A stretch of 64,000 nucleotides of DNA, from assembly GCA_000004985.1 (NCBI GenBank), contig GG738871.1; one strand, given 5' to 3'. The translations under genes were made by a program, and so were the position numbers. The stretch comes from Naegleria gruberi (lineage: Eukaryota). The notes under the pieces were generated by a model, which was not told the origin of the DNA, did not search any database, and was given only the letters and a program-made list of their open reading frames with translations. Shown in pieces: positions 1 through 11,452 of the stretch; the stretch's first letter is position 1; every line of letters starts with the position of its first letter.

Positions 1-205
1 AAAGAAGTTGAACAAGCCAATGAACCAGGATTTTTCAGAAAATACGTAAGTGTGTTAATTAATCAACATGAATTTTTAATATTTCAAATAGTGGTATTTG
101 CTTGTACCTGCTGTTCTTATTTTGTTTGGTTCCATGTTTACCGCATCCGAATAATAAATTTACATCACAATCACTATTCCAATTTTGATGATTATTTAAA
201 TATTA

Positions 206-418
206 TTACTTGTTGGAATTTTCTAATGATTTTTGTTTTTCCAAAATCTTATCAACAATGCCTTCCTTTTCAATTTCCTTTTCAAGTTCCAATCTTACAC
301 GAGTACGGAATTTATCTTCCCACTTTTCTTCCAATTCATATTGATGTTTCATTCCTACAAGACCTCCGATTGCAGTCAACACAAACATCCCTGTAACCTT
401 CCAGAATGTTGAAGTCAT
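206..418 (-). CDS. Small single-pass membrane protein, 70 aa, with a TM helix followed by a charged coiled-coil tail; possibly like mitochondrial ATP synthase subunit e.
   Basis: Minus-strand ORF starting at a real ATG with an A-rich leader (aaaaaaaATG). Protein shows a hydrophobic segment then a K/E-rich tail. The overlapping plus-strand ORF 52..396 is low-complexity antisense. Confidence 0.3.
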   Translation of the reverse strand: MTSTFWKVTGMFVLTAIGGLVGMKHQYELEEKWEDKFRTRVRLELEKEIEKEGIVDKILEKQKSLENSNK

Positions 419-621
419 TTTTTTTCAATTTTATTAAAAAACAATAATTTAATATATTAAAATTATAATATTAATAAATATTTAATTATATAATTAAACA
501 AGTATTAATACTATTCACATTCTACAGAGTTTCACAAATTTCACCTTCAACAATCTCCATCACTTTTTATTCAAAACAAAAATAAACCGTTATTCAAATA
601 AATTGCAAGTTCGAAAAAAAA

Positions 622-1213
622 ATGGCTGATAACGTGTAGGTTGAGAGTTTTATTGTTTGGAGTAGTCTAAAATTGGCTTGAAAAATGTTATATTTATAAA
701 TATTACATCATCACTTTTTATTGATTAATATTTGGATTATGTAAAATATTGGATGATACGGATTGGATGATCAATTATATTTCCGGAAATAATTTTTTAT
801 ATTAAATAATATACAGATTAGAACAATTTGAAGGTGATGACAATGTTGAAGATGAATATCAACAAGGAGAAGATGAATCAGAAATTCTTCCAGAAGATGA
901 TGTCATGTTAGAAGAAACTGATGATGTTGATGCTCCATATTTGCCAGTTGATAAAAACAAAGTTCCAAAGGAAGACAGAAAAACCACTAGAAAGATGACT
1001 AAATTCGAAAAGGCTAGAGTTTTGGGAACAAGAGCTCTTCAAATTTCTATGAATGCTCCTGTTACTGTAGAATTACAAGGTGAAACAGATCCACTCCAAA
1101 TTGCTAAGAAGGAACTTCAACAAAAGAAGATTCCAATGATCATTAGAAGATACTTGCCAGATAAATCATATGAAGATTGGCATGTGAATGAACTCGAAAT
1201 TGACTTTGAATAA
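622..1213 (+). CDS. rpb6: RNA polymerase I/II/III common subunit RPB6 (RPABC2). Two exons: 622..635 and 817..1213.
   Basis: Translation ...[22 protein letters not shown]...[11 protein letters not shown]...W matches the RPB6 core. The in-frame acidic region upstream of the first internal Met lacks an ATG. A short 5-prime exon ATGGCTGATAACGT with a GTAGGT donor at 636 and the acceptor cag at 816 restores the frame, giving [13 protein letters not shown]... Confidence 0.8.
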
Positions 1214-1218
1214 ATTAT

Positions 1219-1983
1219 TTATTCTTCATCACTGCTACTACTACTGCTATCAGAGCTAGAGCTGCTTTCATTATCACTATTGACATTTTCCTTAGTTTCT
1301 TCTTCACCATTTTCATTCTTTGATTTTTCAACAACATTATTCTTTTCTTCATAATCAGTATCACGAACATCTGAAAAATCCTCTAAATTATATCTAGATC
1401 CACTATCCTTGTCAGTTGCCTTAAGAACACGCATAACTGTCTTGGCCCTTTTATATCTCTTATTGTCTTGAAGAATATCTTTCATTTCATTGACACATTT
1501 TGCTCTGATTGACTTATCGGTAAGTACTAATTTTCTTTCCTTTGATGGGAGTGTATGGAGAGCATTCTTTTGAGCAGCAGCTCTTTGAGTCTTGACATAT
1601 TCTCTACAAGTTTCAAATAATTTCACACGGTCAAAACCAACTAGTGGAGCTACATATTCAAGAAAATATTTGAATCGTTTTCCATCAATAATTTGTGCAT
1701 TTAAACATTGATTAATAAGTGTTCTTTGTTTTGTACCATCAAATGTCCAATTACTTCTATCATTCTTCCACTGCTCCAAAAATTCAACAATAGGATGGAG
1801 AATAATTTTCTCATCATCTGAATTATATTCCTCAGTTTCCGTAACTACAACTTTTTTCTGTTGTTGTGTTGGTGCATTCAGTGCTGCCTCCTCCATCTTT
1901 CTCTTCTTTCCGGCAGACATTGGTTTATTTCTACGAGGTTGTTGTGGTTTGCTTGCTGTTGTTGGTTTATTGGTACGATTCAT
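1219..1983 (-). CDS. DUF2373 / C7orf50-like basic protein, 254 aa, with an acidic Ser-rich C-terminus.
   Basis: Motif EQWKNDRSNWTFDGTKQRTLI resembles the C7orf50 motif WKHDRDHWKFQKTRQTWLL. K/R-rich N-terminus; real ATG at 1983. Confidence 0.5.
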   Translation of the reverse strand: MNRTNKPTTASKPQQPRRNKPMSAGKKRKMEEAALNAPTQQQKKVVVTETEEYNSDDEKIILHPIVEFLEQWKNDRSNWTFDGTKQRTLINQCLNAQIIDGKRFKYFLEYVAPLVGFDRVKLFETCREYVKTQRAAAQKNALHTLPSKERKLVLTDKSIRAKCVNEMKDILQDNKRYKRAKTVMRVLKATDKDSGSRYNLEDFSDVRDTDYEEKNNVVEKSKNENGEEETKENVNSDNESSSSSDSSSSSSDEE

Positions 1984-2389
1984 TTTTTATTTGAATTGAA
2001 TTCTTCATCATCAAATATTTGATGTTCATCTAATCATTTAATCTTTTCTTTATGGAATAAAACTTGTTGAATGAAGAATAACACAACAACCCTAGTGTTT
2101 GTTGTTTCTCTCTGATAGGATCTAATTAATTTGAATAATGTCATCATCCCTATCATTGCCATCATTATCTTCTATGAAAATAAAAATAAGCTTCATTCTG
2201 TGATTGAAGTGAAGAAAAAATAGTCGGAAGAAAATAACAACTTTTGGAAGAAAATCAATCCCTCATTATATTTGCCAAAACAACAGAGTAGTATCACGAT
2301 CTATTATTAAATATTCATTTAGAGATTGAAAAGCTTTTAATTTAAATAATAATAACATGTTTTTTGTAAATTTTTTTGACAAATAAAAA

Positions 2390-3703
2390 ATGCCAATAGT
2401 AAACATTCCAAAAAGCAAGTCTGACCAGCATTACAGATACAAAAGAGAAACTCTAGAATTGAAGATTGAAGGTAAAGGAAACGGTATCAAAACCGTCATT
2501 ACCAACATGAAGTCTGTTTCTGAAAGTCTTAACGTTCCAATAGAATGTATGTTTTTTTATGAATATTTTCCGTGATTAATCATATCCAAAATTTATTCGT
2601 GGATTGACGCTATATTTTTCCTTCTTCTTTTCGCAATTTGTTTATGTATAACTATTTTACATTATTTGGACCAACAACAAAATATTCATCATTTACTACA
2701 ACAACAATATTCTTTAACAACAACAACAATAGACCCAATTAAATACTTCGGTCTTGAATTGGCCGCTCTTAGTAAAGTCGACTATAAGAACGACAAGGCC
2801 GTCATCAATGGTAAATATGATCTTAATCAAGTTGAAGATGCTCTTGAAAAGTTTATTCAAAACTTCTTGTTGTGCTCCAAGTGCCATCTCCCTGAATTGG
2901 ATTTTGCTATTAAGAGCAACAAGGATCCTGTAGCTACAACTTGCAGAGCTTGTGGTAATGCTGGACAAATTGACTCTACTGAAAAGCTCTATACTACTAT
3001 TATTAAACATCCACCTAAATCAAAGGGTTTCAAGGATCCAAAGGCTCCTGCTGAACCTGTTAAAACATCCAAATCAAGTAAATCTCAAGCCGGAGCTGTT
3101 ACTGAAAAGGCTGCTATTGATGATGGTACTTGGTCATTGGATATTTCTCAAGAAGCTATCAAGAAGAGACGTGAAATGGAAGGTCTCTCTGAAAGATTTA
3201 GAGAATTGACTAAAGGAATGGAAGATGAGGATGAAGAAGAGGAAGAACAAGAAGTTTCACCTGTATCTATTTTAAAGCAATTCATGGAAGTTAAACCAAA
3301 AGCTACCAATACTCAAATCTATCAAGCAACAAGAAAATTGAAGGCTGATTACACATTGTCTGATAAGGATTGTGTTTGTTTGCTTTATGAAACTTTCTTC
3401 ACACCAGAAAATATTTTGACTGATATTACAAAGAGAGCTCCATTGTTCAAGGCTTTCATTTCTTCAAGTGGTCAAAAGCTCATTTTGGGTTACACTGAAG
3501 AACTTGTTGGTATGAAGAATCCAGCCCTTATTCCACAAACTTCTGTTATTTTACTCGAATTCTACAAGAATAGTTTGCTGTCAAAGGAAACCATGGAAGA
3601 ATGGTTGTCAAAGAAGAAGTCACGATTCGTTAAGGATTCTGCAATTGTTGCCAAGATTAAGGAAGCAGCTAAACCATTCGGTGATTGGATGGCTTCAAAC
3701 TAA
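2390..3703 (+). CDS. eif5: Translation initiation factor eIF5. Two exons: 2390..2546 and 2733..3703.
   Basis: N-terminus [26 protein letters not shown] is the eIF5/eIF2beta-type zinc-binding domain. GTATGT donor at 2547 and acceptor aatag at 2732 join ...PIE-Y-PIKYFG, matching human eIF5 ...YPTKYFG. The C-terminal W2 domain has an acidic tract. Confidence 0.85.
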
Positions 3704-3783
3704 ACAATAAATACTTTTAACTATTTAATTTGTACTTTATCATCCCATGACCCTGTCATCAGTCATACCATCACTGAAAAAAA

Positions 3784-4709
3784 ATGGTCATTCTTTACAC
3801 TTGCGTTATTATGGATAGAAAGATCATGGCAGAATATCCAACCGGAAAGAAGGTAGGATCTCTTTTACTCATCACAACTTATTAATTTTAATTAAAGGAT
3901 ATGATGCAATTGATCAACAATTTATTAGAATACATTCCTAATCGTGAACACAAAAAATCGTTGAATTACGAAAGGTAAGATTCTAATGTATGATGGACTA
4001 AATTATTAAACGATTGTGATGATTTATTGTGACTGATAAATAGTAAAAATCTACGTATTCACTATGAATGTATGGATGAGGATGAAAAGGAACCAACACA
4101 TCGATACTTTACAATCATTTCAGTAACTGATGAAATGACACCGTACAGAGTTGTGTTTGGATTGAAGAGTGGATTTTTCAAAGATTTACAAAAGGAAGTT
4201 CGTTCAAAATACACTAAAGGAGCAAGAAATCAAAAGAACTCTCAATTGAGATCTTTTATTCAACAGAAAATGACTGAATGGAATGATCCAAACGTATGTT
4301 TGAAATTATTGTAATTATTTAATTAATTGGAATATTAGAAAGATAAATTGACTCATTTGGGATATGAAATCTCAAAGAATAAGAGCAAGATGATTGAAAA
4401 TATTGACAAAATTTTACAAAATCACGAAAGAATGGATTCTTTAATGGACAGAACAGCTCTTGTAAGTTAAAATTATTACAATAGATGTTATTTACAACTG
4501 ATATCAAGTTGGTCGACAATTCAGACCACTTCCAAAAGCAAGCTAAAAAATTGAAATCTGTCGTTTGTTGGAATAATTGTAAATTGCTCATTATTCTAAT
4601 TGGTGTTCTTGCAGTTATTGCATTCATTGGTATTTGGTTAGGTTGTGGTTTCCCAGATTTCAAACGTTGTGCAGTTGGTGATACCAACACTGATAGTACT
4701 GTTATTTAA
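3784..4709 (+). CDS. VAMP7-like longin R-SNARE. Five exons: 3784..3852, 3898..3974, 4044..4293, 4339..4461, 4509..4709; the exon 5 acceptor could instead be at 4485.
   Basis: Spliced translation MVILYTCVIMDRKIM..., ...LRIHYECMDEDE..., SNARE motif IENIDKILQNHERMDSLMDRTAL, and a C-terminal TM LIILIGVLAVIAFIGIWLGCGF align along human VAMP7. Introns are 45-69 nt with GT..AG ends and preserve phase. Confidence 0.75.
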
Positions 4710-4781
4710 ATATATTATCATCATTCCTAAAATGTTGTGTATAATAGCAATCACTTCTTAATGTGATTCATATTAAAAATT

Positions 4782-5378
4782 TCACTTTCTAACTTGAGCT
4801 GGTGCATTAATTCTGTGTTTAATTCTCAATTTGGGTATTTCATAAGGTATTGCATTCGAATCAGTCGATGATTTTTCTCTCTTTGAAATTTCACGTTGTC
4901 TCCTTCTCCAATATTCAATTCCAAGTGGTAAACTAAATTGTAATGTTTCATCTTCTTCAGAAGGAGGATTAAATATATTTGCATTCTCTATCGAATCATA
5001 TTGTGAAAAATTAGGATTATCATGTTTGAGAGCTTGTTTAATTTGATACCAATTATAAGTATCTCTATTCTTTTTAACATTGAAAAATTCAATAAATATT
5101 TTGAAAAATCATCCACATACAGATAATTCAAATTCTTCATATTTCCACGACATGTTTTCCAATTTTTCATCTTTTTGTTTCTTTGAATCTCCATTATTCA
5201 TCAAGGTCCTAATATCGTGATATTTATCGGAGAGGTAATCATTTTCAGCTAACTGAATTTTTGTGTAGATTTGAGTAGAGAGTTTTTGAATGGCCTTCTC
5301 CGTTGAATTACGATAATCTAGTGAAGGAAACGCCATTTCCGAGTAGCTTGTCGCTGATGCTTGATTATCTTTTTGCAT
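4782..5378 (-). CDS. Hypothetical protein of about 181 aa. Two exons, 5378..5121 and 5069..4782, in minus-strand order.
   Basis: The 89-aa ORF ends at a stop that lies inside a GTATGT donor. A 95-aa Met-less ORF continues immediately downstream on the same strand. A 51-nt intron (5070..5120) joins them in frame. No recognisable family. Confidence 0.4.
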
Positions 5379-5438
5379 TTTTTTTAATATTTAAAAACAT
5401 TTTTGTAAACAATTTTATTTCAAAAATATGAAAACAAT

Positions 5439-6947
5439 TTAAAATCTTTGAACTTCTAAGCCCTTAGTCTTGGATTCGTTCAAAATGAGTGGAGTAACAA
5501 AACATTCAGTTTCGTATTTGAAATTTTTCCAACTAGTTTCGACTTGATTCTTAACTGTTTGAATTGATTCTTCATTTGGAGCAAAGAGAATTGAAAAAAC
5601 TGCATCGTAACCTCCAGCACCTGGAACACCAGCAATTAAACAACCATTAGTTGCCATTGTTTCGTCCAAAAGTTTAGTTTGTTGATTAGGTTCAATTGGA
5701 ACATTTTCAGCTTGCTCTCCCATATATTTGAGCTTTTTACGAATTTCAATAAATGAATTTCTAATGGTTAACATGGCATCCTTGACTTTAGATGATACAG
5801 ATTCAACCTCTTCCCATTCACTTGCTGGTAATTGATACAATTTTTGTAAAGTATTTTCGTAATCTGATGGGAATTCCTTAGCTTGTTTGGAAATAATTTT
5901 GAATTGTTCCTCAACAGTATTATTCAAATCTCTAATAGAATTCCACAATTCAGTTGATTCAGTTGGATTTTGTTCCTTCCATTTGAGAACACATCTGACC
6001 ATACTTGGAGTATTGGATCCTTGGGCAACATCAGCAACAAACAAGTGGAAGTTAGGTGGTAATTCGAATGTCGAATTTTCATTGTCCCACACAAATTCCT
6101 TCTTTGGATCAACGACATTGATAATTTCAGTAATTGCTTGTTTGGAATATTTTGGATCAGATGGGTCAACCAATTTCATAATAGATTCCAAAATACTAGT
6201 TCCAAATCTCTTGTATCTTTGTGAGCCATAGGTAGCAGCTGAAACATCAAAACCACTTCCAATTTTACCTTGAGCGAGACAGTGACAGAATTGAGCAACT
6301 CTGTGAATCATTTCTCTACCATTTTCATCATTTATATCCAAACCAGTAAAGTGAAGAATAATAGCAGATGTCAATGAAGTAACCATAGATGCGCTACTTC
6401 CCAAACCAGTTTTTTGAATTGGTTTGTTTGAATCTGGATGAACGTAAAACTTTTCTAAATTTTCTAAATTTTCCAAAGTAACTTCCTTTCCCAAATCAAT
6501 CAACTATTTAATTATCATTCAAATATTATTGAATCACACATAAATACTAACATTTTGTCTTTGAGAATAAAAATCATTATCAGCTTGCAAAGTAATTGAA
6601 ATCTTTCTATTTTGAATCTTGGAGCCATTCAAATATTCAGAAATAGCCAAAGCATAAAGAATTGCATTTTCAATATATGGATTCTTGTTCATATTAACCA
6701 ATTTCAATTCACCTCCATTTTCACTTGATTCATAAACATATTGTCCACTCAAATAGAATTGTGGTGAATGTAAATCAATAACTAAACCACCACATGAAGT
6801 ATTTTCCACATTTTTAACATCTTTAATAGTTGTGTAAAATCTTGATGAAGTTGAAAGAACAAGTCCAGAATAATCAGGATCCAAAACTAAATATCCACCA
6901 GTGATGAGAACTTTTCCTGGAGCTGAAACAATTGTAGTTCTATTCAT
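5439..6947 (-). CDS. erg8: Phosphomevalonate kinase, ERG8-type GHMP kinase. Two exons, 6947..6552 and 6503..5439, in minus-strand order.
   Basis: N-terminus SAPGKVLITGGYLVLD and the motifs KTGLGSSA and AQGKIGSGFDV...YGS match yeast ERG8. A 48-nt intron (6504..6551) with a GTTAGT donor and an aaatag acceptor keeps the frame. Confidence 0.85.
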
Positions 6948-7264
6948 TCCGATAATAACAATTATTGCACATAATAATAAATTTGTAAATTTTACCTTTC
7001 CAATGTAGTAGTAGTAGTGGTGATGTTGCTTTTACAACAGGTAGTTGTTGTTGATTCGGGTTGTTTTTGATATTTGGCAAGTAAGTGTCCTAACAGGGTA
7101 CTGGTAAGCATAAAACCAGTGGTCAAGAGTGGTGATGGTTCTTGTGATGATGACATTTTTTTGTTGTGTGAAAATTGGTTGGGTTTCACAAATTGGGAAA
7201 TTGTAATAATTATTGTTGTGATTGAATATAATATATGTACAATTTATGCTTCTATTGAGCCTAA

Positions 7265-8371
7265 TTATTTCATTTCATAAATACTCTTTGTAATGCCAAG
7301 AGTGAGTTTTTGAATGACAAATTGGAGAGAATCTGGATTGTGACGGAATAATCCAAAGGCATGATGGAGAGAATAAAAGAGGAAGAGTAATAATTCAATC
7401 TCATCAATATGTTTGGCAAGTTCATCAAAGTAACGATCGGCTATGGTTTTGAAATTAATGTCACTCATTGTTTCTGTAAAGTAGAGAATGGCTAGGAAAA
7501 CTTTTCCTCCTGTGAATCGAGGTTGCAAATTCTCAAAGATGTCTACCTCACCTTGTTGATTATTCAGAGATCTTTCGAAAGATTGCATTGGTGTGAAAAT
7601 ATCATGAGCTATTTGACGTTCTCTTATTCTCTTTTTCGAGTCGCTGCTGTCAACTGAGTATTGCAAGTATGGATTACGGTATGAACAATGGTAAGTTGAA
7701 AATGGCTTAATCTTGAATAATTCCAAAAAAGATTCTAGTCTAAAGAATAATTTTGCATTCTTGATTCTTTCGTCTCTTAATAGAAAATTCCAAAGTAAAA
7801 AAGTTGATTTTTCACTCAAGGCATCCTTGAATATTTCATCTATTATGTCAAATATTAAAGTCCATGTTTCAATATTGAAATGACTTTTTCCAATGTCATT
7901 AGGAAGTTCATAGAAAGTATCTTTAGTGCTTGGATTTTCCTTGAGTGTTTTGTATAATTTAGAAACGGTTGAAAACTCCTTAACCAAAGTAGGTGCTACA
8001 AATTTAAAAACACCTTTCTTTCCTATAGTAAATAATTTAATATCAATTTCTGCGGAATTTACACAAGATTTCATAATACCTCTATTAATAATTGGTACTA
8101 TTAAATTATACAATTCGAGATTTTCTCTTAAATCTTCAATATTTAATTGTTGCAAAGTTTGTTCATTAATTATAAAATTATGACGATGATAGGGATTCAC
8201 CCGACGACCATCCGATTCAACAGGACTATAAAACCTCTTTTCAATTTCTTCTTTAAATACCTCTCGGATGAAATCATCATAAATTAATTTCAAACACATT
8301 AAACTTCCATCATCCACATCCGTTAAACTAAAATCTTCAGAGAGTAAATCAAAATCCATTCCTACGCGCAT
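7265..8371 (-). CDS. Hypothetical protein, 368 aa, no recognised domain.
   Basis: Long single ORF with a real ATG and an aaaaaaaaATG leader. Coding-like composition. Family not recognised by eye. Confidence 0.5.
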   Translation of the reverse strand: MRVGMDFDLLSEDFSLTDVDDGSLMCLKLIYDDFIREVFKEEIEKRFYSPVESDGRRVNPYHRHNFIINEQTLQQLNIEDLRENLELYNLIVPIINRGIMKSCVNSAEIDIKLFTIGKKGVFKFVAPTLVKEFSTVSKLYKTLKENPSTKDTFYELPNDIGKSHFNIETWTLIFDIIDEIFKDALSEKSTFLLWNFLLRDERIKNAKLFFRLESFLELFKIKPFSTYHCSYRNPYLQYSVDSSDSKKRIRERQIAHDIFTPMQSFERSLNNQQGEVDIFENLQPRFTGGKVFLAILYFTETMSDINFKTIADRYFDELAKHIDEIELLLFLFYSLHHAFGLFRHNPDSLQFVIQKLTLGITKSIYEMK

Positions 8372-8471
8372 TTTTTTTAATATTGTTTTTTGATGTTTGA
8401 TAGAAGTTGAATAATTATTTGATCACCATTCAAATGAGAAATAAATTGGTTACAACAATGTTAATAAATAT

Positions 8472-10451
8472 TTAATGTCTATTATTGGATGTATTTTCTG
8501 AAATATGGTTAAACCTGCTGGCGTGTCCTCGATTGTGAATTTGTGTTCTACAATCGCGACCATACCAACAAGTTGGTCTGGATGTTACAGTGGCAGGTAA
8601 GTCAGCAGAATCAATTTCAGCTCTATAACAGTAAATGAGTTCGTTAAAGTACTTGTAGGCACATGATTGACAGAATCGTGAATCAGTTGTAAAGTTTGGA
8701 TAGGAAGGGTGAGTGTAGGTGCCAGATTCAACCTTAGTCATGCATGTATTGTAAACATCCTGAACTGTAATATTCTTTGTTCTAATATAATCAATTAAGA
8801 TATCTCGTTCAACTTGATTATTGTTCAAACAAGTGGAAGGCAAAGAAATTATAGAAGTGTGTTCTTTGAGTTTGTGAATTCCTGAAATGTAGCATGGACT
8901 TTGAGTATTGGTAACTTGTTTGTATAAATTACAATAAATCATTCCACATAATTCACAGTTTTGTCTTCTATCAGGGGAAAGAGAAGTGTCATGGTGTCTG
9001 AAAGCTAATCTACAATTACATGTTGAACAAGAGTTATGGAGGGCATGAGCAGCACATTGATAGTTATCGATAGGATTTGGATTTGTACATTCATCACAAA
9101 CACGAACTGGCGTATCATCATCACTGTCACTTTCATCAGATGATGTCTCATCACGTCTGTTTCTTCTACGACGATGATAATCATCGTCACTATCGCTGTC
9201 ACTATCGTCATTATTATTATTATTTCTCTTATAGAGAACAAGATCAGTCTTATTAATGTAAGCATCCTTCTTGTCCATTTCCTCTTTTTCTTCCTTTTCA
9301 CGATCTTGCTTTGGATGTGTTTTCAAGTAAGTCTCTGTCAAGTTGTTCAATGTTGGATTTTTTCTAACTTCTTGGATGGTAGCTCTGCAAGTTGGACAAT
9401 TCATATTTTGACCAAAATATGAATTATTATTGCTTGGATTTAACCAAGAAGAAAGACATGAAGAGCAAAAGTTATGCAAGCATGGAATAACAGACACTGG
9501 TCTATAGAAGATACCAGAACAAATTGGGCAGGTCAATTCATTAGCCATTGCATCATCCTCTTGACTTTCTTCCATATCTGAATCAGTGGCACCAAGTAAG
9601 GCCAATAGCTTTTTGTCTTGTTCAGAGAGTGATTTCTTTTGTTTTTTTCCACTGCCATTTTCTGGTGTTTCACTTTCTGCTTTTCTCTTCTTCTCATTTT
9701 CGTCATCTGATTCTTTTTCAGAGCTAGCAGAGGCTGTGGCACTACTCGATGGATTTACGTCATCTTTGGATGGTGTCTTAAAAGGTGAGTTTCGTTTTGG
9801 TGTAGAAGTAGTATCAGAGCTTGGGGATGAAGCTCCAATGTTACTGGAACTGGCAGTAGCTGATGATGCATTTTCAACTGTTGCTGGTTCCACAGCAAGG
9901 TCTACTATTTCTTGAGTACGTTGCTCCTCTTGATCTGCCAATTCTTGTGTTTGTTGATTAGGAGGAGGTGTACTATTACAAAGTGCCAATGTGTAGATTG
10001 GTAATTCTGAGCTTAGTTTGTGAGAAATAGAGGGAACAACCAATCCTATCGTATCTCCCTCTGAAAGAATTACACTATTATTGGTACCAAGTTTCTTTCC
10101 ATTCACAAAACATCCATTTCTTCCAAGATCAGTGAATTGAATAGAATATTTAGTAGGATCGGAAGATGCCTTTCCTTCATCACAGATAATATTCACTCGT
10201 CCATGCACTGTTGATATTCTTCCATCAGAAAAAATACATTCGGGTCTAAACTCTGGCTTTCTTCCCAATTCAATTACCTTCTCATCACTATAAATTATTA
10301 TTGCATTAAAATTTGATGGTGAAATAGCAGGAATTAATTTTGCAATCTCTACTCTTTTCACCTCTGATTCTGCTATTACCTCGGATGATGGTGCATCATC
10401 TTCGTTATTATCGACAATAATTTCATCCAATGTTGCGTCGAGTGTGGCCAT
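8472..10451 (-). CDS. CHFR-like checkpoint E3 ubiquitin ligase, 659 aa, with FHA, RING and a C-terminal Cys-rich PBZ-like zinc finger.
   Basis: N-terminal FHA-like segment (...GRNGCFVNGKKL...). RING C3HC4 (CPICSGIFYRPVSVIPCLHNFCSSCLSSW...CPTCR). C-terminal CWYGRDCRTQIHNRGHASRFNH resembles the PBZ finger of CHFR. Confidence 0.7.
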   Translation of the reverse strand: MATLDATLDEIIVDNNEDDAPSSEVIAESEVKRVEIAKLIPAISPSNFNAIIIYSDEKVIELGRKPEFRPECIFSDGRISTVHGRVNIICDEGKASSDPTKYSIQFTDLGRNGCFVNGKKLGTNNSVILSEGDTIGLVVPSISHKLSSELPIYTLALCNSTPPPNQQTQELADQEEQRTQEIVDLAVEPATVENASSATASSSNIGASSPSSDTTSTPKRNSPFKTPSKDDVNPSSSATASASSEKESDDENEKKRKAESETPENGSGKKQKKSLSEQDKKLLALLGATDSDMEESQEDDAMANELTCPICSGIFYRPVSVIPCLHNFCSSCLSSWLNPSNNNSYFGQNMNCPTCRATIQEVRKNPTLNNLTETYLKTHPKQDREKEEKEEMDKKDAYINKTDLVLYKRNNNNNDDSDSDSDDDYHRRRRNRRDETSSDESDSDDDTPVRVCDECTNPNPIDNYQCAAHALHNSCSTCNCRLAFRHHDTSLSPDRRQNCELCGMIYCNLYKQVTNTQSPCYISGIHKLKEHTSIISLPSTCLNNNQVERDILIDYIRTKNITVQDVYNTCMTKVESGTYTHPSYPNFTTDSRFCQSCAYKYFNELIYCYRAEIDSADLPATVTSRPTCWYGRDCRTQIHNRGHASRFNHISENTSNNRH

Positions 10452-10730
10452 TTTTTTTCTCTGACTTTCTGGAGTTTTTTAGTGAAGGTAAAAAGAAGTT
10501 TTGCGATTGATACTAGTAATTGGCATCATCTGGAAGTTGTAAAACAGTTTGATCATAATTTGCTAATTCAATTTTCTGTTCCTCTATTGGAGGCTTAACA
10601 CAGAACAGAGTACAATCGTATGAGATTTTACAACGATTTTTCCAAATTCAATGAAATTAATAAATGAAACAAGCTAGTCGTGGTGAAGTTCTTTTCAATT
10701 TTCTCAACTTTTTCAAGTATTACAAAAAAA

Positions 10731-11264
10731 ATGTCGTCATTCTCCCTTTTTATAATTTTTCTCATTTTCCCGTGTTGCTGCATGATCTGCTCAGTTCACG
10801 CACAGCAATGCACTGTTATTGAAAAGACGTTGCCAACTTCAGCTTTTTGTTATGGATTTTCTAATTATTGGGTAACAGGCTCTGCCACTCTTCAATCCAT
10901 GGATTCTAAGGCTGTACAAATTTTCTCTGTTTTGAATGCCACTCTCCAGACACAGGATGCAATCACTAGTAGAAACGGTACTTCTGTTTCCGATAGGTGT
11001 ATTGACTATATGAAGAAGTATGCATGTTACACAGCCTATCCAAGATGTATTTTAGCAACTGGATATACTGCATATGATCAGAAACCATGTCCTAATATTT
11101 GTGGAGCTGTTGACAGTTATTGTCAGTATTCATTGACTAAGGTTAATAGTTTGATATGTACTGGTAATACCAATGACAGATCAACTTGTAATTCTTTTGC
11201 TATTTCACATAGATTGAGCTTGTTTATTGTAATCATTCTTTTTATTTCTGCTATTTTAACTTAA
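10731..11264 (+). CDS. Secreted Cys-rich protein with a Frizzled-type CRD-like pattern and a hydrophobic C-terminus suggesting a GPI anchor.
   Basis: Signal peptide after aaaaaaaATG. Cys spacing C..C...CIDYMKKYACYTAYPRC....PCPNIC....C fits the FZ CRD pattern. Hydrophobic tail LSLFIVIILFISAILT. The ORF-track start at 10680 is a non-ATG start. Confidence 0.45.
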   Translation: MSSFSLFIIFLIFPCCCMICSVHAQQCTVIEKTLPTSAFCYGFSNYWVTGSATLQSMDSKAVQIFSVLNATLQTQDAITSRNGTSVSDRCIDYMKKYACYTAYPRCILATGYTAYDQKPCPNICGAVDSYCQYSLTKVNSLICTGNTNDRSTCNSFAISHRLSLFIVIILFISAILT

Positions 11265-11452
11265 ATTAATTCTAATAAACTACCTGAAAAGGGTTTGCAT
11301 GAAATATTAAGATTTTGATACAAGGCTTCAATTCCTGGACTGATACATCTATCTCCGATCAATAAATTTTCAAACTAACTACGGATTTCAATTGTCGATA
11401 TTACAAAAAGTTCAGACCAAAGTAAAAAAACTCAAGTTCATAAAACAAAAAA

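Noticed and set aside
52-396. Plus-strand 114-aa ORF at the window start.
   Set aside because: Low-complexity hydrophobic translation that is antisense to the better-supported minus-strand small gene 206..418, and it lacks an A-rich start context.
5887-6231. Plus-strand 114-aa ORF inside the phosphomevalonate kinase locus.
   Set aside because: It is antisense to a strongly homology-supported gene; most likely a chance ORF.
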